A stretch of DNA of 64,000 bases, taken from positions 6,961 to 70,960 of the forward strand of contig JBNMJS010000002.1 in assembly GCA_050873965.1 (NCBI GenBank), read 5' to 3'. Of this stretch, positions 19,488 through 29,938 are shown piece by piece; position 1 is the stretch's first letter, and each line of letters begins with the position of its first letter. The notes under the pieces were generated by a model. It did no database searches and was not told the origin of the DNA. It was given only the letters and a program-made list of their open reading frames with translations. The DNA is from Cyanobacteriota bacterium (lineage in GTDB: Bacteria; Cyanobacteriota; Vampirovibrionia; Gastranaerophilales; Gastranaerophilaceae). Position numbers and translations under genes: made by a program.

Positions 19488-20590
19488 TATAAATCCTTTG
19501 ACTTATAGAATGCTACAATACAAGCAAAAAATGCTAATGGTGGAAATACGGCAGTTATTAAAGGTGGTAAAACGGATTTTTCTGCAAGTAAATCAAAGAA
19601 CGGTAATGTAATGTAATAAATAAATATTGAACCGATAGCGATTGTAAAACCAATCAATCTTTGTTCTCTTGGTTTACTGAATCCTAGTAAACAGCCCATA
19701 ACTGCTAGTAACATACAAATGAATGGATGGAAAAATCTTTGGAAAAATTTATTCAACATTAGATTGTATGTTTCTTCATTTCGTACCATTTTCAATAATC
19801 TTACGTATTTAAACAAATTAGCATTTGTTAATTCACGTTCTTTTTTTGTAGAGTAATTCATAATTGTATAAATATCATCTGCTAAATGACCATTTAAAAT
19901 ATTCATCTCATCAATGTGATCAATTCTGTCAAAAATACCTTCAGAAGATATTTGATAACGTTTTATATCATATAATTCCCATCTATCATGGAAAAATTTA
20001 CCTTTTTTAGCAACAAATATTTGTGATATGCCGTGCATGTCTGTGTATTTTGATTCTGCAAAATCTAAAACGATAACATTGCTCATTTTTGTTTTGTTAT
20101 ATTTTGAAACAATAATACTCATTGTAGGTTTGCCAGATGGTTCTTTTTGAGTGTAGATATATTGAGATACAGGGTTTCTATCTTTGATTTCTGCCAGTAT
20201 ATCTGATGAATAAGGTACAAGTTTATCAATAGTTATAAAACATAAGATTGAAACTAATACACTTAGGAATAAAACTGGTCGAACTATTCTCCAAAATGGA
20301 AGACCTACTGCTCTAAATATTGTTAATTCAGAATCTTTGCTTAATTTATCAAACGTGAATAATGAACCTAATAACAAACCAACAGGAAACGCTTTACTTA
20401 AAATTAAAGGCAATTGACAAGTTAGAACGAGAATGGCTGTTTTTATAGTATATTCACCTTCTAATGTCTTTTTAATAGTATTAAGCAACATTTCTGGAGC
20501 AATCCATACTACTGTAAACAGTAAGATTGCAACAATTGTTGTTACTAATACTTGTTTGAATATGTACCTGTCGTAAATAGTGATTTTCAT
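19487..20590 (-). CDS. LptF/LptG-family LPS export permease (YjgP/YjgQ)
   Basis: N-terminus IYDRYIFKQVL..., six TM segments with a central periplasmic domain. Translationally coupled to lptB. Confidence 0.8.
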   Translation of the reverse strand: MKITIYDRYIFKQVLVTTIVAILLFTVVWIAPEMLLNTIKKTLEGEYTIKTAILVLTCQLPLILSKAFPVGLLLGSLFTFDKLSKDSELTIFRAVGLPFWRIVRPVLFLSVLVSILCFITIDKLVPYSSDILAEIKDRNPVSQYIYTQKEPSGKPTMSIIVSKYNKTKMSNVIVLDFAESKYTDMHGISQIFVAKKGKFFHDRWELYDIKRYQISSEGIFDRIDHIDEMNILNGHLADDIYTIMNYSTKKERELTNANLFKYVRLLKMVRNEETYNLMLNKFFQRFFHPFICMLLAVMGCLLGFSKPREQRLIGFTIAIGSIFIYYITLPFFDLLAEKSVLPPLITAVFPPLAFFACIVAFYKSKDL

Positions 20591-21315
20591 TATAGTTGAA
20601 AATCCTTTCCTAAATAAAATTCTTTAGCCACAGGATCAACTGCAACATCTTTACTTTTACCTTGAATTTTGATTTTACCATCAAAAATTACGTATGCCCT
20701 ATCTGTGATAGATAAAGTCGCTTTAGGGTTGTGGTCTGTTATCAAAACACCTAAGCCTTTTTCTTCTGAAATTTTTCTTATGTTATCTTTAATTTCGCCA
20801 ATTGCGATAGGGTCAATACCTGCAAATGGTTCATCAAGAAGCATGAAATCTGGACTAGCCGCCAATGCTCTTGCAATTTCGACACGTCGTCTTTCTCCAC
20901 CAGATAGAGCAACTGCCGGTGCTTTTCTTAATTTCATTACACCAAATTCTGTTAGTAATTCTTCTAATTTCTTTGTCTTTTCACATTCAGTTAGTTTTTC
21001 ATTCATTTCAAGAACAAGTTTGATATTGTCTTCAACATTTAAGTTTCTGAAAATAGAATTTTCTTGTGGTAAATAACCGATACCTGCTTTTGCACGTTCA
21101 TTCATTGGCCATTGTGTAATTTCTTGACCATCTAACAATATTTGACCTTTGTTAGGTTTAACAAGACCTACAACCATGTAGAATGTAGTTGTTTTACCAG
21201 CACCGTTTGGACCTAATAGACAAACTACTTCACCTTTGTTTATATAAAATGAAATATCGTTTACAACGCTTCTGTCGCCGTAAATCTTTACTAAATTCTT
21301 TGCATCTATTCTCAT
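20590..21315 (-). CDS. lptB: LPS export ABC transporter ATP-binding protein LptB
   Basis: Walker A GPNGAGKTT, GIGYLPQENSIFR, signature LSGGERRR, Walker B LLDEP, 241 aa. Confidence 0.9.
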   Translation of the reverse strand: MRIDAKNLVKIYGDRSVVNDISFYINKGEVVCLLGPNGAGKTTTFYMVVGLVKPNKGQILLDGQEITQWPMNERAKAGIGYLPQENSIFRNLNVEDNIKLVLEMNEKLTECEKTKKLEELLTEFGVMKLRKAPAVALSGGERRRVEIARALAASPDFMLLDEPFAGIDPIAIGEIKDNIRKISEEKGLGVLITDHNPKATLSITDRAYVIFDGKIKIQGKSKDVAVDPVAKEFYLGKDFQL

Positions 21316-21397
21316 AAACTATTACCTCTTGAAATAATAATATTATTATACTCAAAAAATAAAACAATGTTAAAAATAAAACTATATTGTTATAAAT

Positions 21398-21425
21398 TTG
21401 CAGAGATTATCATTTGATGTATAAT
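21398..21425 (+). promoter_or_regulatory. Sigma-70-like promoter of leuS
   Basis: TTGCAG, 16-nt spacer, TATAAT about 30 nt upstream of the GAGGGA Shine-Dalgarno and ATG 21456. Confidence 0.4.
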
Positions 21426-21455
21426 TTACATGTAGTTTAGTGAAGTGAGGGAAGA

Positions 21456-23942
21456 ATGAAAGAAAGTTATTTTCCACAGGAATTAGAAAAAAGATGGCAA
21501 AAGTATTATGAAGATAATAATACTTTTAAAACATATAATGATAGTGATAAACCTAAATATTTTGCTCTATCAATGTTTCCATATCCATCAGGTAAACTCC
21601 ACATGGGACACGTTAGAAATTATACAATTACAGATGTAATTGCTCGTTTCAAAAAAATGAATGGTTTTAATGTCTTACACCCAATAGGATGGGATAGTTT
21701 TGGTTTACCAGCAGAAAATGCTGCTATGCAGCATGGTGTTGATCCTGCAAAATGGACAGATGAAAACATTGCTTATATGACTGGTCAATTGAAAAGATTA
21801 GGTCTTTCTTACGATTGGGATAGAGAAGTTACAACTTGTAAGGAAGAATATTATAAATGGACTCAGTGGTTGTTCATTCAATTGTACAAAAAAGGTTTAG
21901 CTTACAAAAAAGAAGCAGCCGTTAACTGGTGTGACAAATGTGGTACAGTACTTGCAAATGAACAAGTTATTGATGGTAAATGTTGGAGATGTGATAGCGT
22001 TGTAGAAAAGAAATATCTTTCTCAATGGTTCTTCAAAATTACTGAGTATGCTGATACATTATTGAAAGATTTAGATTTGCTTGATGGTTGGGGCGATAAC
22101 GTTAAAACTATGCAAGCCAATTGGATTGGTAAATCTAAGGGTGCAATTTTTAGATTTAAAGTTGTAGATGCACCAAATGGTGAAGAGTTAGAAGTTCCAG
22201 TTTATACAACCAGACCAGATACTGTTCATGGTATTACTTATCTTGTTGTTGCACCTGAGTATAAAGACATTGATAAATTAACAACTCCTGAAAATAAAGA
22301 AGCAGTTGAAGAATATAGAGCAAATGCTCGTAAGATGTCTGAAATTGAACGTTTATCTACAGAACGTCCAAAAACGGGTGTTCCATTAGGTACGCATTGT
22401 ATAAATCCATTCACTGGTGAGAAATTCCCATTATGGACAGCAGATTATGCTCTTGTTGAATATGGTACTGGTGCTGTTATGGCAGTTCCTACTCATGATA
22501 CAAGAGATTTTGCTTTTGCAAAGAAATATAACTTACCAATGAAAGTTGTTATTACAAATCCTGAAAATCCATCTGATTGTAAAGACGCTGCTTATACAGA
22601 TGAGGGTGTTTTAATTAATTCAAATGAATTTGATGGTATGAAAAATACAGAAGCAAAAGAAGCAATTACTCAAAAAGCAGTTGATGGTGGATTTGGTGAA
22701 TTTAAAACACAATATAGACTTAGAGATTGGTTGATTTCTCGTCAAAGATATTGGGGTGCTCCAATTCCAGTAGTTTATTGTGATAAATGTGGTATTCAAC
22801 CTGTACCAGAAGATCAACTTCCTGTTAAATTACCAAAAGATGTTGATTTCTCTGTTGTAGGTAAATCACCAATTACAACATCTCCAACCTTTAAGGATAC
22901 TGTTTGTCCAGTATGTGGCGGTCATGCTGTTAGAGAAATGGATACTATGGATACATTTGTATGTTCAAGTTGGTATTACTTGAGATATGCAGATGCAAGA
23001 AATTCTGAAAAATGTTTTGATAAAGATTTAGTTAACAAGTGGTTGCCAGTTGACCAGTATGTTGGTGGTATTGAACACGCTATTCTTCACTTGTTGTATT
23101 CTAGATTCTTTACTAAGGCATTAAGAGATTTAGGTTTGCTTGATTTTGATGAACCATTCAAAAACTTGTTAACTCAAGGTATGGTTTTGAAAGACGGTGC
23201 TAAGATGTCTAAATCTAAAGGTAATACAGTTGATCCGGATGAAATCTTTGAAAATTATGGTGCTGATACTGCAAGATTATTTATCTTGTCTGATAGTCCA
23301 CCAGCACGTGATTTCGATTGGTCAGATGCAGGTGTTGAAGGTTGCTACAAATTCTTAAATAGAGTTTGGAGATTGGTATCTTCTAATCAAGATAATATTT
23401 CTCTTGATTATAAATTACCAGAAACACTTACAAAGGCTAATGATGATTTAGTTAGAGTCGTTCACATGGCAATTAAAGCCATAACAAATGATATTTCAAA
23501 TGACTTCCAATTTAATACTGTAATCTCAAGATATAGAGAATTGACTAATGCAATTTATGATTGGGTTGGTACAAAGAAAGAATTTAATGATGAAGATAAA
23601 AATGTATTAAGTTTTGCTATAACTTCATTGATTAAATTGATGTCACCAGTTACAGTATTTATGTCAGATGAAATATGGAAAGAACTTGGTGCAAAAAATT
23701 CTATCCATGATGAAAAATGGTGTGAATATGATGAAAATCTTGCAAAAGCAAGTTCTGTAACTTTGGTTGTTCAAGTTAACGGTAAAGTTAAAGATAAAAT
23801 TGAAGTTGATGCAGGTTTAGATAATGAAACCTTAAAATCAATTGCAATGGATAGTCAAAAAATTAAAGATTTAATAGCAGGCAAAACAGTTGTTAAAACA
23901 ATTGTTGTACCAAAGAAATTGGTAAATATTGTTGTTAAATAA
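21456..23942 (+). CDS. leuS: Leucyl-tRNA synthetase
   Basis: 828 aa with HMGH (HIGH) motif, KMSKS motif and the CP1 editing insertion. Confidence 0.97.
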   Translation: MKESYFPQELEKRWQKYYEDNNTFKTYNDSDKPKYFALSMFPYPSGKLHMGHVRNYTITDVIARFKKMNGFNVLHPIGWDSFGLPAENAAMQHGVDPAKWTDENIAYMTGQLKRLGLSYDWDREVTTCKEEYYKWTQWLFIQLYKKGLAYKKEAAVNWCDKCGTVLANEQVIDGKCWRCDSVVEKKYLSQWFFKITEYADTLLKDLDLLDGWGDNVKTMQANWIGKSKGAIFRFKVVDAPNGEELEVPVYTTRPDTVHGITYLVVAPEYKDIDKLTTPENKEAVEEYRANARKMSEIERLSTERPKTGVPLGTHCINPFTGEKFPLWTADYALVEYGTGAVMAVPTHDTRDFAFAKKYNLPMKVVITNPENPSDCKDAAYTDEGVLINSNEFDGMKNTEAKEAITQKAVDGGFGEFKTQYRLRDWLISRQRYWGAPIPVVYCDKCGIQPVPEDQLPVKLPKDVDFSVVGKSPITTSPTFKDTVCPVCGGHAVREMDTMDTFVCSSWYYLRYADARNSEKCFDKDLVNKWLPVDQYVGGIEHAILHLLYSRFFTKALRDLGLLDFDEPFKNLLTQGMVLKDGAKMSKSKGNTVDPDEIFENYGADTARLFILSDSPPARDFDWSDAGVEGCYKFLNRVWRLVSSNQDNISLDYKLPETLTKANDDLVRVVHMAIKAITNDISNDFQFNTVISRYRELTNAIYDWVGTKKEFNDEDKNVLSFAITSLIKLMSPVTVFMSDEIWKELGAKNSIHDEKWCEYDENLAKASSVTLVVQVNGKVKDKIEVDAGLDNETLKSIAMDSQKIKDLIAGKTVVKTIVVPKKLVNIVVK

Positions 23943-23963
23943 TTATATAATTTGATAATGAAT

Positions 23964-23998
23964 GAGGGGGTGAAATTTTTCACCCCTTCTTTATTTTG
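23964..23998 (+). terminator. Hairpin terminator after leuS (overlaps the 3' end of convergent ribD)
   Basis: GGGGTGAAA-TT-TTTCACCCC followed by T-rich sequence. Confidence 0.5.
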
Positions 23999-25049
23999 TA
24001 TATTCTATAAAAATATCATTTTCTATTTTTTTTATGGCTTTAACTTTGTACTCTTTGCATTCTGCAATGAGGTTTATATTGTCACCGTTAAAACAAGATT
24101 TGCTATTGTTGTCATTTGTTATTTTAGGTGCAATAAATTGATATAGTGTATCAACTAAGTTCTCTTTTGTAAAACTTCCACTTAGTGTGCCACCACTTTC
24201 TACAAATATTGATGTTATTTTTTTCTCAAATAATTTTGAAAGTAAGTCTTTTAAATCAATATTGTTATTTGAAACTTTACATTTTAAAAACTCTACGTTA
24301 TTTGGAATAGACCTATTTTCAATATTTTTATTTTCATCGATTGCAATGATTATATGTCCATTTTTGTAAATTTCTGAATTAAAATTTGTTCGTAAATTCT
24401 TATCTAAAATGACTTTTATTCTATGCAACATTTGTGGATTATCTTTGATTACGGTTTCAGAACTTGTTAAAATCGCAGAATATTTTTTTCTTAATTTTTT
24501 ACCGTATAGTCTGGATTTGTTAGATGTTATCCATTTTGAATCGCCATTGTATGTTGCAATTTTACCATCTATTGTAGTTGCAGTTTTTAGTGCTACAAAA
24601 GTTCTTTTTTCTTCAATGTTAGTAAAAAATATTTTATTTAATTCTTTGCATTCTTTTTCTAATACACCTGTTATAACTTCAATTTTTGCATCTGTTAGTT
24701 TTTTTATTCCACCACCATTGACTTTTGGATTGTTATCTTTACATCCAATAATTACTTTTTTTAGACTTCTTTCAACGATTAAATCAGCACAAGGTGGAGT
24801 CTTTCCATAATGAGAACAAGGCTCTAGATTTACAATTAAAGTTCCACCTTTTTCTTCACCATTTTTTAGTTTTAATAGTGCATCTCGTTCTGCGTGATTT
24901 TCACCATATTTATGATGATAACCAGTAGATATTATTTCATTATTTTTGTTTAATACAACACAACCAACCATAGGATTAGGGGCAGTGTTACCTTCACCTT
25001 TCTTTGCTAATTGTATGCATTTTTTCATTAGCTTTTCATAATCTATCAT
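23991..25049 (-). CDS. ribD: Bifunctional riboflavin biosynthesis deaminase/reductase RibD
   Basis: Deaminase zinc motifs HAERDAL and EPCSHYGKTPPC plus a C-terminal reductase domain, 352 aa. Confidence 0.9.
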   Translation of the reverse strand: MIDYEKLMKKCIQLAKKGEGNTAPNPMVGCVVLNKNNEIISTGYHHKYGENHAERDALLKLKNGEEKGGTLIVNLEPCSHYGKTPPCADLIVERSLKKVIIGCKDNNPKVNGGGIKKLTDAKIEVITGVLEKECKELNKIFFTNIEEKRTFVALKTATTIDGKIATYNGDSKWITSNKSRLYGKKLRKKYSAILTSSETVIKDNPQMLHRIKVILDKNLRTNFNSEIYKNGHIIIAIDENKNIENRSIPNNVEFLKCKVSNNNIDLKDLLSKLFEKKITSIFVESGGTLSGSFTKENLVDTLYQFIAPKITNDNNSKSCFNGDNINLIAECKEYKVKAIKKIENDIFIEYTK

Positions 25050-25129
25050 ATTTGTATTTTAACCTAAAAAATGGTAATATTTAAGATGTAAGTTTATAGT
25101 GATAAATAAGATTATAATACGAGGTTAGT

Positions 25130-25792
25130 ATGAATATTAAATATTTAGGTCATAGTGCGTTTGAAATTGAAACTAATGGTTATAAAATTTTGATTGATCC
25201 ATTTTTGGTAAAGTGTCCTGATTATGATTACTCAAAAACAACAGATATTTTTGTAACACATGGGCATGGCGACCATTTGGGTAAAGCACCACAAATTGCA
25301 ATGAAAACAGGTGCAGTTATTACAGCAGTTTTTGAATTGGCTAAATATTGTTCAAGATATGGTGTTAGTGTTAATGGGATTTCATTAGGTGGTTGGATAA
25401 ATTATGAATGGGGTAGAGCAATTGCTTTACCAGCCTTTCATTCAAGTTCAGCTGATGATGGCACTTATACAGGTTCACCAGTGGGCTTTTTATTTGAGAT
25501 AGAAGGAAAAAGAATTTTTCATGCCGGTGATACTTGCTTGAATTCTGAAATGAAGGTATTAGCAGAGGTTTATAAACCTGATATTGTTATGTTACCAATT
25601 GGTGGACATTTTACAATGGATGTTGAAAATGCAACAATTGCAGCGAAATGGATTGATGCAGATATTGTTATTCCAATGCATTACAATACATTCCCACAAG
25701 TTGAAGTTAATGATGAAGAATTTAAAAAGAAGATTTCTGATATTGGTAAGAAACCTGTTGTATTAAAAATTGAAGAGGCGATTGAAGTATAA
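25130..25792 (+). CDS. Metallo-beta-lactamase-fold hydrolase (UPF0173 family)
   Basis: MNIKYLGHSAFEIE..., THGHGDHLG motif, 220 aa. Confidence 0.8.
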   Translation: MNIKYLGHSAFEIETNGYKILIDPFLVKCPDYDYSKTTDIFVTHGHGDHLGKAPQIAMKTGAVITAVFELAKYCSRYGVSVNGISLGGWINYEWGRAIALPAFHSSSADDGTYTGSPVGFLFEIEGKRIFHAGDTCLNSEMKVLAEVYKPDIVMLPIGGHFTMDVENATIAAKWIDADIVIPMHYNTFPQVEVNDEEFKKKISDIGKKPVVLKIEEAIEV

Positions 25793-25811
25793 GTTAAGTA
25801 TGGGTTTTAAT

Positions 25812-28163
25812 ATGAAAAAAAAATATATAATTTCTTTGTTATTATCATTGGTAATGTTTTCAGGTGCTGTTGGTGCTGAAACATTTGATTATCTAGAAGA
25901 AGAATCATTTGATGTAGTATTTGATTTAACAAATGATGATGTGAATGAAATTATAGATGAACAGTTATTCCTTTATTTTTTAACCTATGATAAAAATAAA
26001 GAATTTTCTGTAAATAATAGTTATTTATATTTAAAGAGTTTTGAAACATTATCAAAAGGTCTAAAACAAATTGAAGAAGTTCCTAATGACAATAAAATTT
26101 TAACAAAAAATGTTTCACAAAAAGAAGAAATTGTTGCAAAAACAGATACTGTTAATAAAAAAAATGAAGTAATTCCAAAAGAAATAAATTTGGAATTATC
26201 AAAAAAAGAAATTTCAAATAACGTTGTTGTTCAACAAGAACAAATTAAACATGTAAATTCAAAAAATATTGAGAAAAAAGTTCTAAAAGAAAATTTTAAC
26301 AATATGATGAAAGATGGCGTTACTGCCAGTTTGTTAGATGAATCTATTGAAAATTCTAATGCTGTATTTAGAACTGTTAACAAAATGGAAACACCTAGTA
26401 TTTCTGTGAAACAAGAAGAATGTAAAACAGAAAAAGTTGTAGAAGAAAAAGTTGCATTTGTTCAAAAAGATAATTCAGAAAATGTAGAAAAGAAAGAGGT
26501 TACACCTGAAATTGCCAAAGAAGAAGTTGTGAAAAAAGATGAACAACCTAAAGTCTTGGAGGACAATTCAAATAAAGTCGTAGAACCTCAAGCTGAAAAT
26601 ATTGTTGATATATCTCAAGACAAAGATATTGTTGCAATAAATGAAAAGATAAAAAAAGATAATACCAATTTATCTTTGTATTATAAACGTGCAATGGTTT
26701 ATATACAAAAGGGCTTGTACTTAGATGCAATAAGAGAATTTAATTTTGTATTAGATTATAAACCAATGCATGAGGGCGCATATTTTAATCGTGCTATTTC
26801 AAAATATCGAATAAATGATACAAATGGTGCATTAGATGATTTAAGAAAAGCAATCGGTATTAAACCAACAGATTATGCATATATTGCTTGTGGAAATATT
26901 AAATCTGAATATTTTAATGATTTTAATTCAGCAATTGAAGATTTTACAAAGGCAATAGAACTAAATCCTAAATCTAAAGAAGCATTTTATAATAGAGGAC
27001 TTTCTTATATGAAATTAGGAAAGTATTCTGAAGCAAAAGAGGACTTTAATAAGGTTTTGGCATTTGCTCCAAATGATGTTGATACAAATACTAATTTAGG
27101 CTTGATAAATGATAAATTAAAGGATTATAAATCAGCAATATATCATTATAATAAAGTTCTTACAGGTACATCTGCTGATTACAAAATATATTTTGCAATT
27201 GGTGTTGATTGTATCAATTTGAAAGATTATCAAAACGCAGTTGTTGCATTTTCTAAATGTATTGAATGTGATAACAAGAAAAAAGATGCATATTATAATA
27301 GAGGTTTGGTTTACGAAAGATTAGGACAAACTAAAAATGCTGAAAGTGATTATACAAAAGCATTAGAGTTAGATAGCAATTATGTAAAATGTTATAATAG
27401 CAGAGCCGTTTTGAAAATGAATAATTCTGATTTTAATGGTGCGATAGAAGACTATAATAAGGCTCTTGCTTTATCACCTCGTTCTGCTGAAATTTATTAT
27501 AATAGAGGTATTGCAGAATATAATGCTGATAGATTGCAGAATGCATTAGCTGATTTTACAAAAGCGATTTCAATTACTCCAGATAATTCAAAAATTTATT
27601 ATAATAAAGCCGTTGTAGAAGAACAATTGAAAAATTTTAAACCTGCAATTCTTAATTATACAAAGGCTATAGAATTTGACGCTACTTGTTATCAAGCATA
27701 TATTGGTAGAGGCTTGATATATTCAAGACAAGGTAAAATTAAATTGGCATTAGAAGATTTGGATATGGCAATAAAAATAAATCCAAAAGATGCTGATACT
27801 TTTTATAATAAGGGTTTAATTTATTATCAACAAACTAATTATAAAGAAGCATTGGATTGTTTTAACAAAACTATTGAATTAAATGCTAATCATATCGGAG
27901 CATTAACAAATAGAGGTGCAATTAGGTATATTTTGAAAGATTATAAAGGAGCAATTGAAGATTGTTCAAAAGTAATTGATGTTGATAATAATTGTGAGAA
28001 TGCATATTTTAATAGAGGTATGTCATATTTGATATTGCAAAATTATGAAAAAGCACATGTCGATTTTACAAGGGCTTATGATATAAATCCGAAGAATGAA
28101 GAAGCACGTAGATATATGATGTACACTAAAAAAATGATGATAAATTATAAAGACGTAGTATAA
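25812..28163 (+). CDS. Secreted tetratricopeptide (TPR) repeat protein
   Basis: ATG 25812 gives a signal peptide (MKKKYIISLLLSLVMFSGAVGA). A Lys/Glu-rich spacer follows, then more than 12 tandem 34-aa TPR units (A.YNRG..Y..L..Y..A..D..KA...P). Confidence 0.85.
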   Translation: MKKKYIISLLLSLVMFSGAVGAETFDYLEEESFDVVFDLTNDDVNEIIDEQLFLYFLTYDKNKEFSVNNSYLYLKSFETLSKGLKQIEEVPNDNKILTKNVSQKEEIVAKTDTVNKKNEVIPKEINLELSKKEISNNVVVQQEQIKHVNSKNIEKKVLKENFNNMMKDGVTASLLDESIENSNAVFRTVNKMETPSISVKQEECKTEKVVEEKVAFVQKDNSENVEKKEVTPEIAKEEVVKKDEQPKVLEDNSNKVVEPQAENIVDISQDKDIVAINEKIKKDNTNLSLYYKRAMVYIQKGLYLDAIREFNFVLDYKPMHEGAYFNRAISKYRINDTNGALDDLRKAIGIKPTDYAYIACGNIKSEYFNDFNSAIEDFTKAIELNPKSKEAFYNRGLSYMKLGKYSEAKEDFNKVLAFAPNDVDTNTNLGLINDKLKDYKSAIYHYNKVLTGTSADYKIYFAIGVDCINLKDYQNAVVAFSKCIECDNKKKDAYYNRGLVYERLGQTKNAESDYTKALELDSNYVKCYNSRAVLKMNNSDFNGAIEDYNKALALSPRSAEIYYNRGIAEYNADRLQNALADFTKAISITPDNSKIYYNKAVVEEQLKNFKPAILNYTKAIEFDATCYQAYIGRGLIYSRQGKIKLALEDLDMAIKINPKDADTFYNKGLIYYQQTNYKEALDCFNKTIELNANHIGALTNRGAIRYILKDYKGAIEDCSKVIDVDNNCENAYFNRGMSYLILQNYEKAHVDFTRAYDINPKNEEARRYMMYTKKMMINYKDVV

Positions 28164-28171
28164 GGAATATT

Positions 28172-28963
28172 ATGAAAATAGCAGTAGTTTTAAATAAATC
28201 TATTTCTGAAACGGAAAAAGTTTTAGAACAAATCAAAACAAAGTTTGATAAGTCTGATTTTGATTATGAAATATTAGATATTGATAATTTGAAGTCAGGT
28301 TATGATTTTGTTTGTGCCGTTGGTGGTGATGGAACTATGCTTAAAACTTCTCGTTTCTTTGCTAAAACTGGTACTCCTGTAATGGGAATAAATTTAGGTA
28401 GATTAGGATTTTTATCTCTTGTTACATTAGAAGAGATAGATTCTATGATAGAGATGATAAAAGCAAATGATTATGTTGTACAAGAAAGAATTATGTTGAA
28501 ATCTTCAGGTTGTATGGCATTAAATGATTTTGTAATAAAAGGACATTCTTTGATTAGAACATCAAAATTTAATTTATTTATTAACGATAAATTAGTTAGT
28601 GAATATATTGCTGACGGTCTTATTATATCTACTCCAACAGGCTCAACAGCGTATGGTTTATCGGCTGGTGGTCCAATCTTGTCACCGGTATTAGATGCTT
28701 TTGTTATTGTACCTATTTGTGCTCATACAATGACTGCTAGACCATTGGTTATTCCTGCATCAGAGAAAGTTTCTGTTAAAAGTGTAGATGAATTTTTAGA
28801 TGTATCTTGCGATGGACAAGAAACAATTACTAATGTGAAAGAAGTTAATATTGAATTGTCAGAGTATAGGGCAAAATTAGTATTTCCTAAAGATGAAAAC
28901 TTCTATTCAATTTTGAGAAATAAACTTCATTGGGGAGTTTTTCCAGGTTGTAAAACATTATAG
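28172..28963 (+). CDS. nadK: NAD kinase
   Basis: GGDGTML motif and the TPTGSTAYGLSAGGPI block. Confidence 0.9.
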   Translation: MKIAVVLNKSISETEKVLEQIKTKFDKSDFDYEILDIDNLKSGYDFVCAVGGDGTMLKTSRFFAKTGTPVMGINLGRLGFLSLVTLEEIDSMIEMIKANDYVVQERIMLKSSGCMALNDFVIKGHSLIRTSKFNLFINDKLVSEYIADGLIISTPTGSTAYGLSAGGPILSPVLDAFVIVPICAHTMTARPLVIPASEKVSVKSVDEFLDVSCDGQETITNVKEVNIELSEYRAKLVFPKDENFYSILRNKLHWGVFPGCKTL

Positions 28964-29059
28964 ATTTGTATAAAGATTATCCCATCTAGTTCTATTTATA
29001 TCTAATTGGCTAATATCTTTTTTATTTTATAACGATAATATAAAAATAAAGGAGGATTT

Positions 29060-29893
29060 ATGGCTAGTATATGTGCTTCACCGGTTAGTGAATTAAAAGA
29101 ATTAAAGGATATTTTTATAGAATTAACTGCGAAAAATTGTAATAAACGTTGTAAGGAATGTTATATAAATTTCCCATTTTCAAAGAGTGTGAAAGATTTT
29201 ATTAAACTAGATTTGATAAAAAAATCTTTGGAACAATTGAGAGATAATAATTTAAACTGTATTTATTTGACAGGTGCTGAACCAATGACTCACCCTGATT
29301 TTAATACAATATTACGTTTGTGTTTGAAGAAATCTAATGTATGTATTTTTACTAATGCTACATTTATTAACGAGAAAAAAGCAAGATTTTTAAAGAATGT
29401 TGAAATGGAATCTAATCATCAAATATTATTTAAAATATCTTTTGCTCATTATGATGAAATGAAAAATGATAGTGTACGTTCTAGAGGTTCTTATCGTCAA
29501 AATATGTATGCTTTGAAATGTTTAGATAAATACGATTTTACAAATATTATATGTGTTTCTAATTATTATAAAGAGGAACATTGCAAGATTATTTCTGTTT
29601 TTCAACAACAATTGGTTGATAGTGGTATAGAAAATGCTGTAATTCAAATCAATGAATGGTGTGACGGTAGTGTGTCAGATATTTCTGATATACAAGGTAG
29701 TCTAGATTGTATGACAAGTAGAACATTAACAGGAAATGGTATATTTTCTTGTCCATTTTTAGCAAATGATTATCGAGGTAGAATGGGTAGTGATTTTACA
29801 GATTTTTCTAAAAGTGTTCGTTTAGAAACTCCTTATTGTTCATCTTGTATGAAAAATAAAGAAAAAATGTTTAGTGTTGATATAGATTGGTAA
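29060..29893 (+). CDS. Orphan radical SAM protein
   Basis: CNKRCKEC (C-x3-C-x2-C), LTGAEPM (GGE-like SAM motif) and C-terminal extra Cys (CPFL...CSSC). Strong AGGAGG SD. Subfamily not recognised. Confidence 0.7.
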   Translation: MASICASPVSELKELKDIFIELTAKNCNKRCKECYINFPFSKSVKDFIKLDLIKKSLEQLRDNNLNCIYLTGAEPMTHPDFNTILRLCLKKSNVCIFTNATFINEKKARFLKNVEMESNHQILFKISFAHYDEMKNDSVRSRGSYRQNMYALKCLDKYDFTNIICVSNYYKEEHCKIISVFQQQLVDSGIENAVIQINEWCDGSVSDISDIQGSLDCMTSRTLTGNGIFSCPFLANDYRGRMGSDFTDFSKSVRLETPYCSSCMKNKEKMFSVDIDW

Positions 29894-29904
29894 TGACAAT
29901 ATAG

Positions 29905-29938
29905 CAGAAAGGGATATTTTATCTCTTTCTGTTGTATT
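29905..29938. terminator. Hairpin between convergent genes
   Basis: CAGAAAGGGA-loop-TCTCTTTCTG, a 10-bp stem with one G-U pair. The T-tract is modest. Confidence 0.45.

Noticed and set aside
21316-21455. Possible T-box leader upstream of leuS (and upstream of tyrS at 59003-59131)
   Set aside because: The leaders are only ~130-140 nt including the promoter. I saw no specifier-loop/T-box (AATTAGGGTGGTACCGCG-like) sequence or terminator/antiterminator pair.
25050-25129. Possible FMN riboswitch upstream of ribD
   Set aside because: The intergenic region is only 80 nt and AT-rich, with none of the conserved FMN-element helices.
29060-29893. The radical SAM gene as a HydE/HydG hydrogenase maturase
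   Set aside because: It is too short (277 aa) and lacks the HydE/HydG C-terminal features. It is also 18 kb from the hydrogenase cluster and under separate transcription signals.
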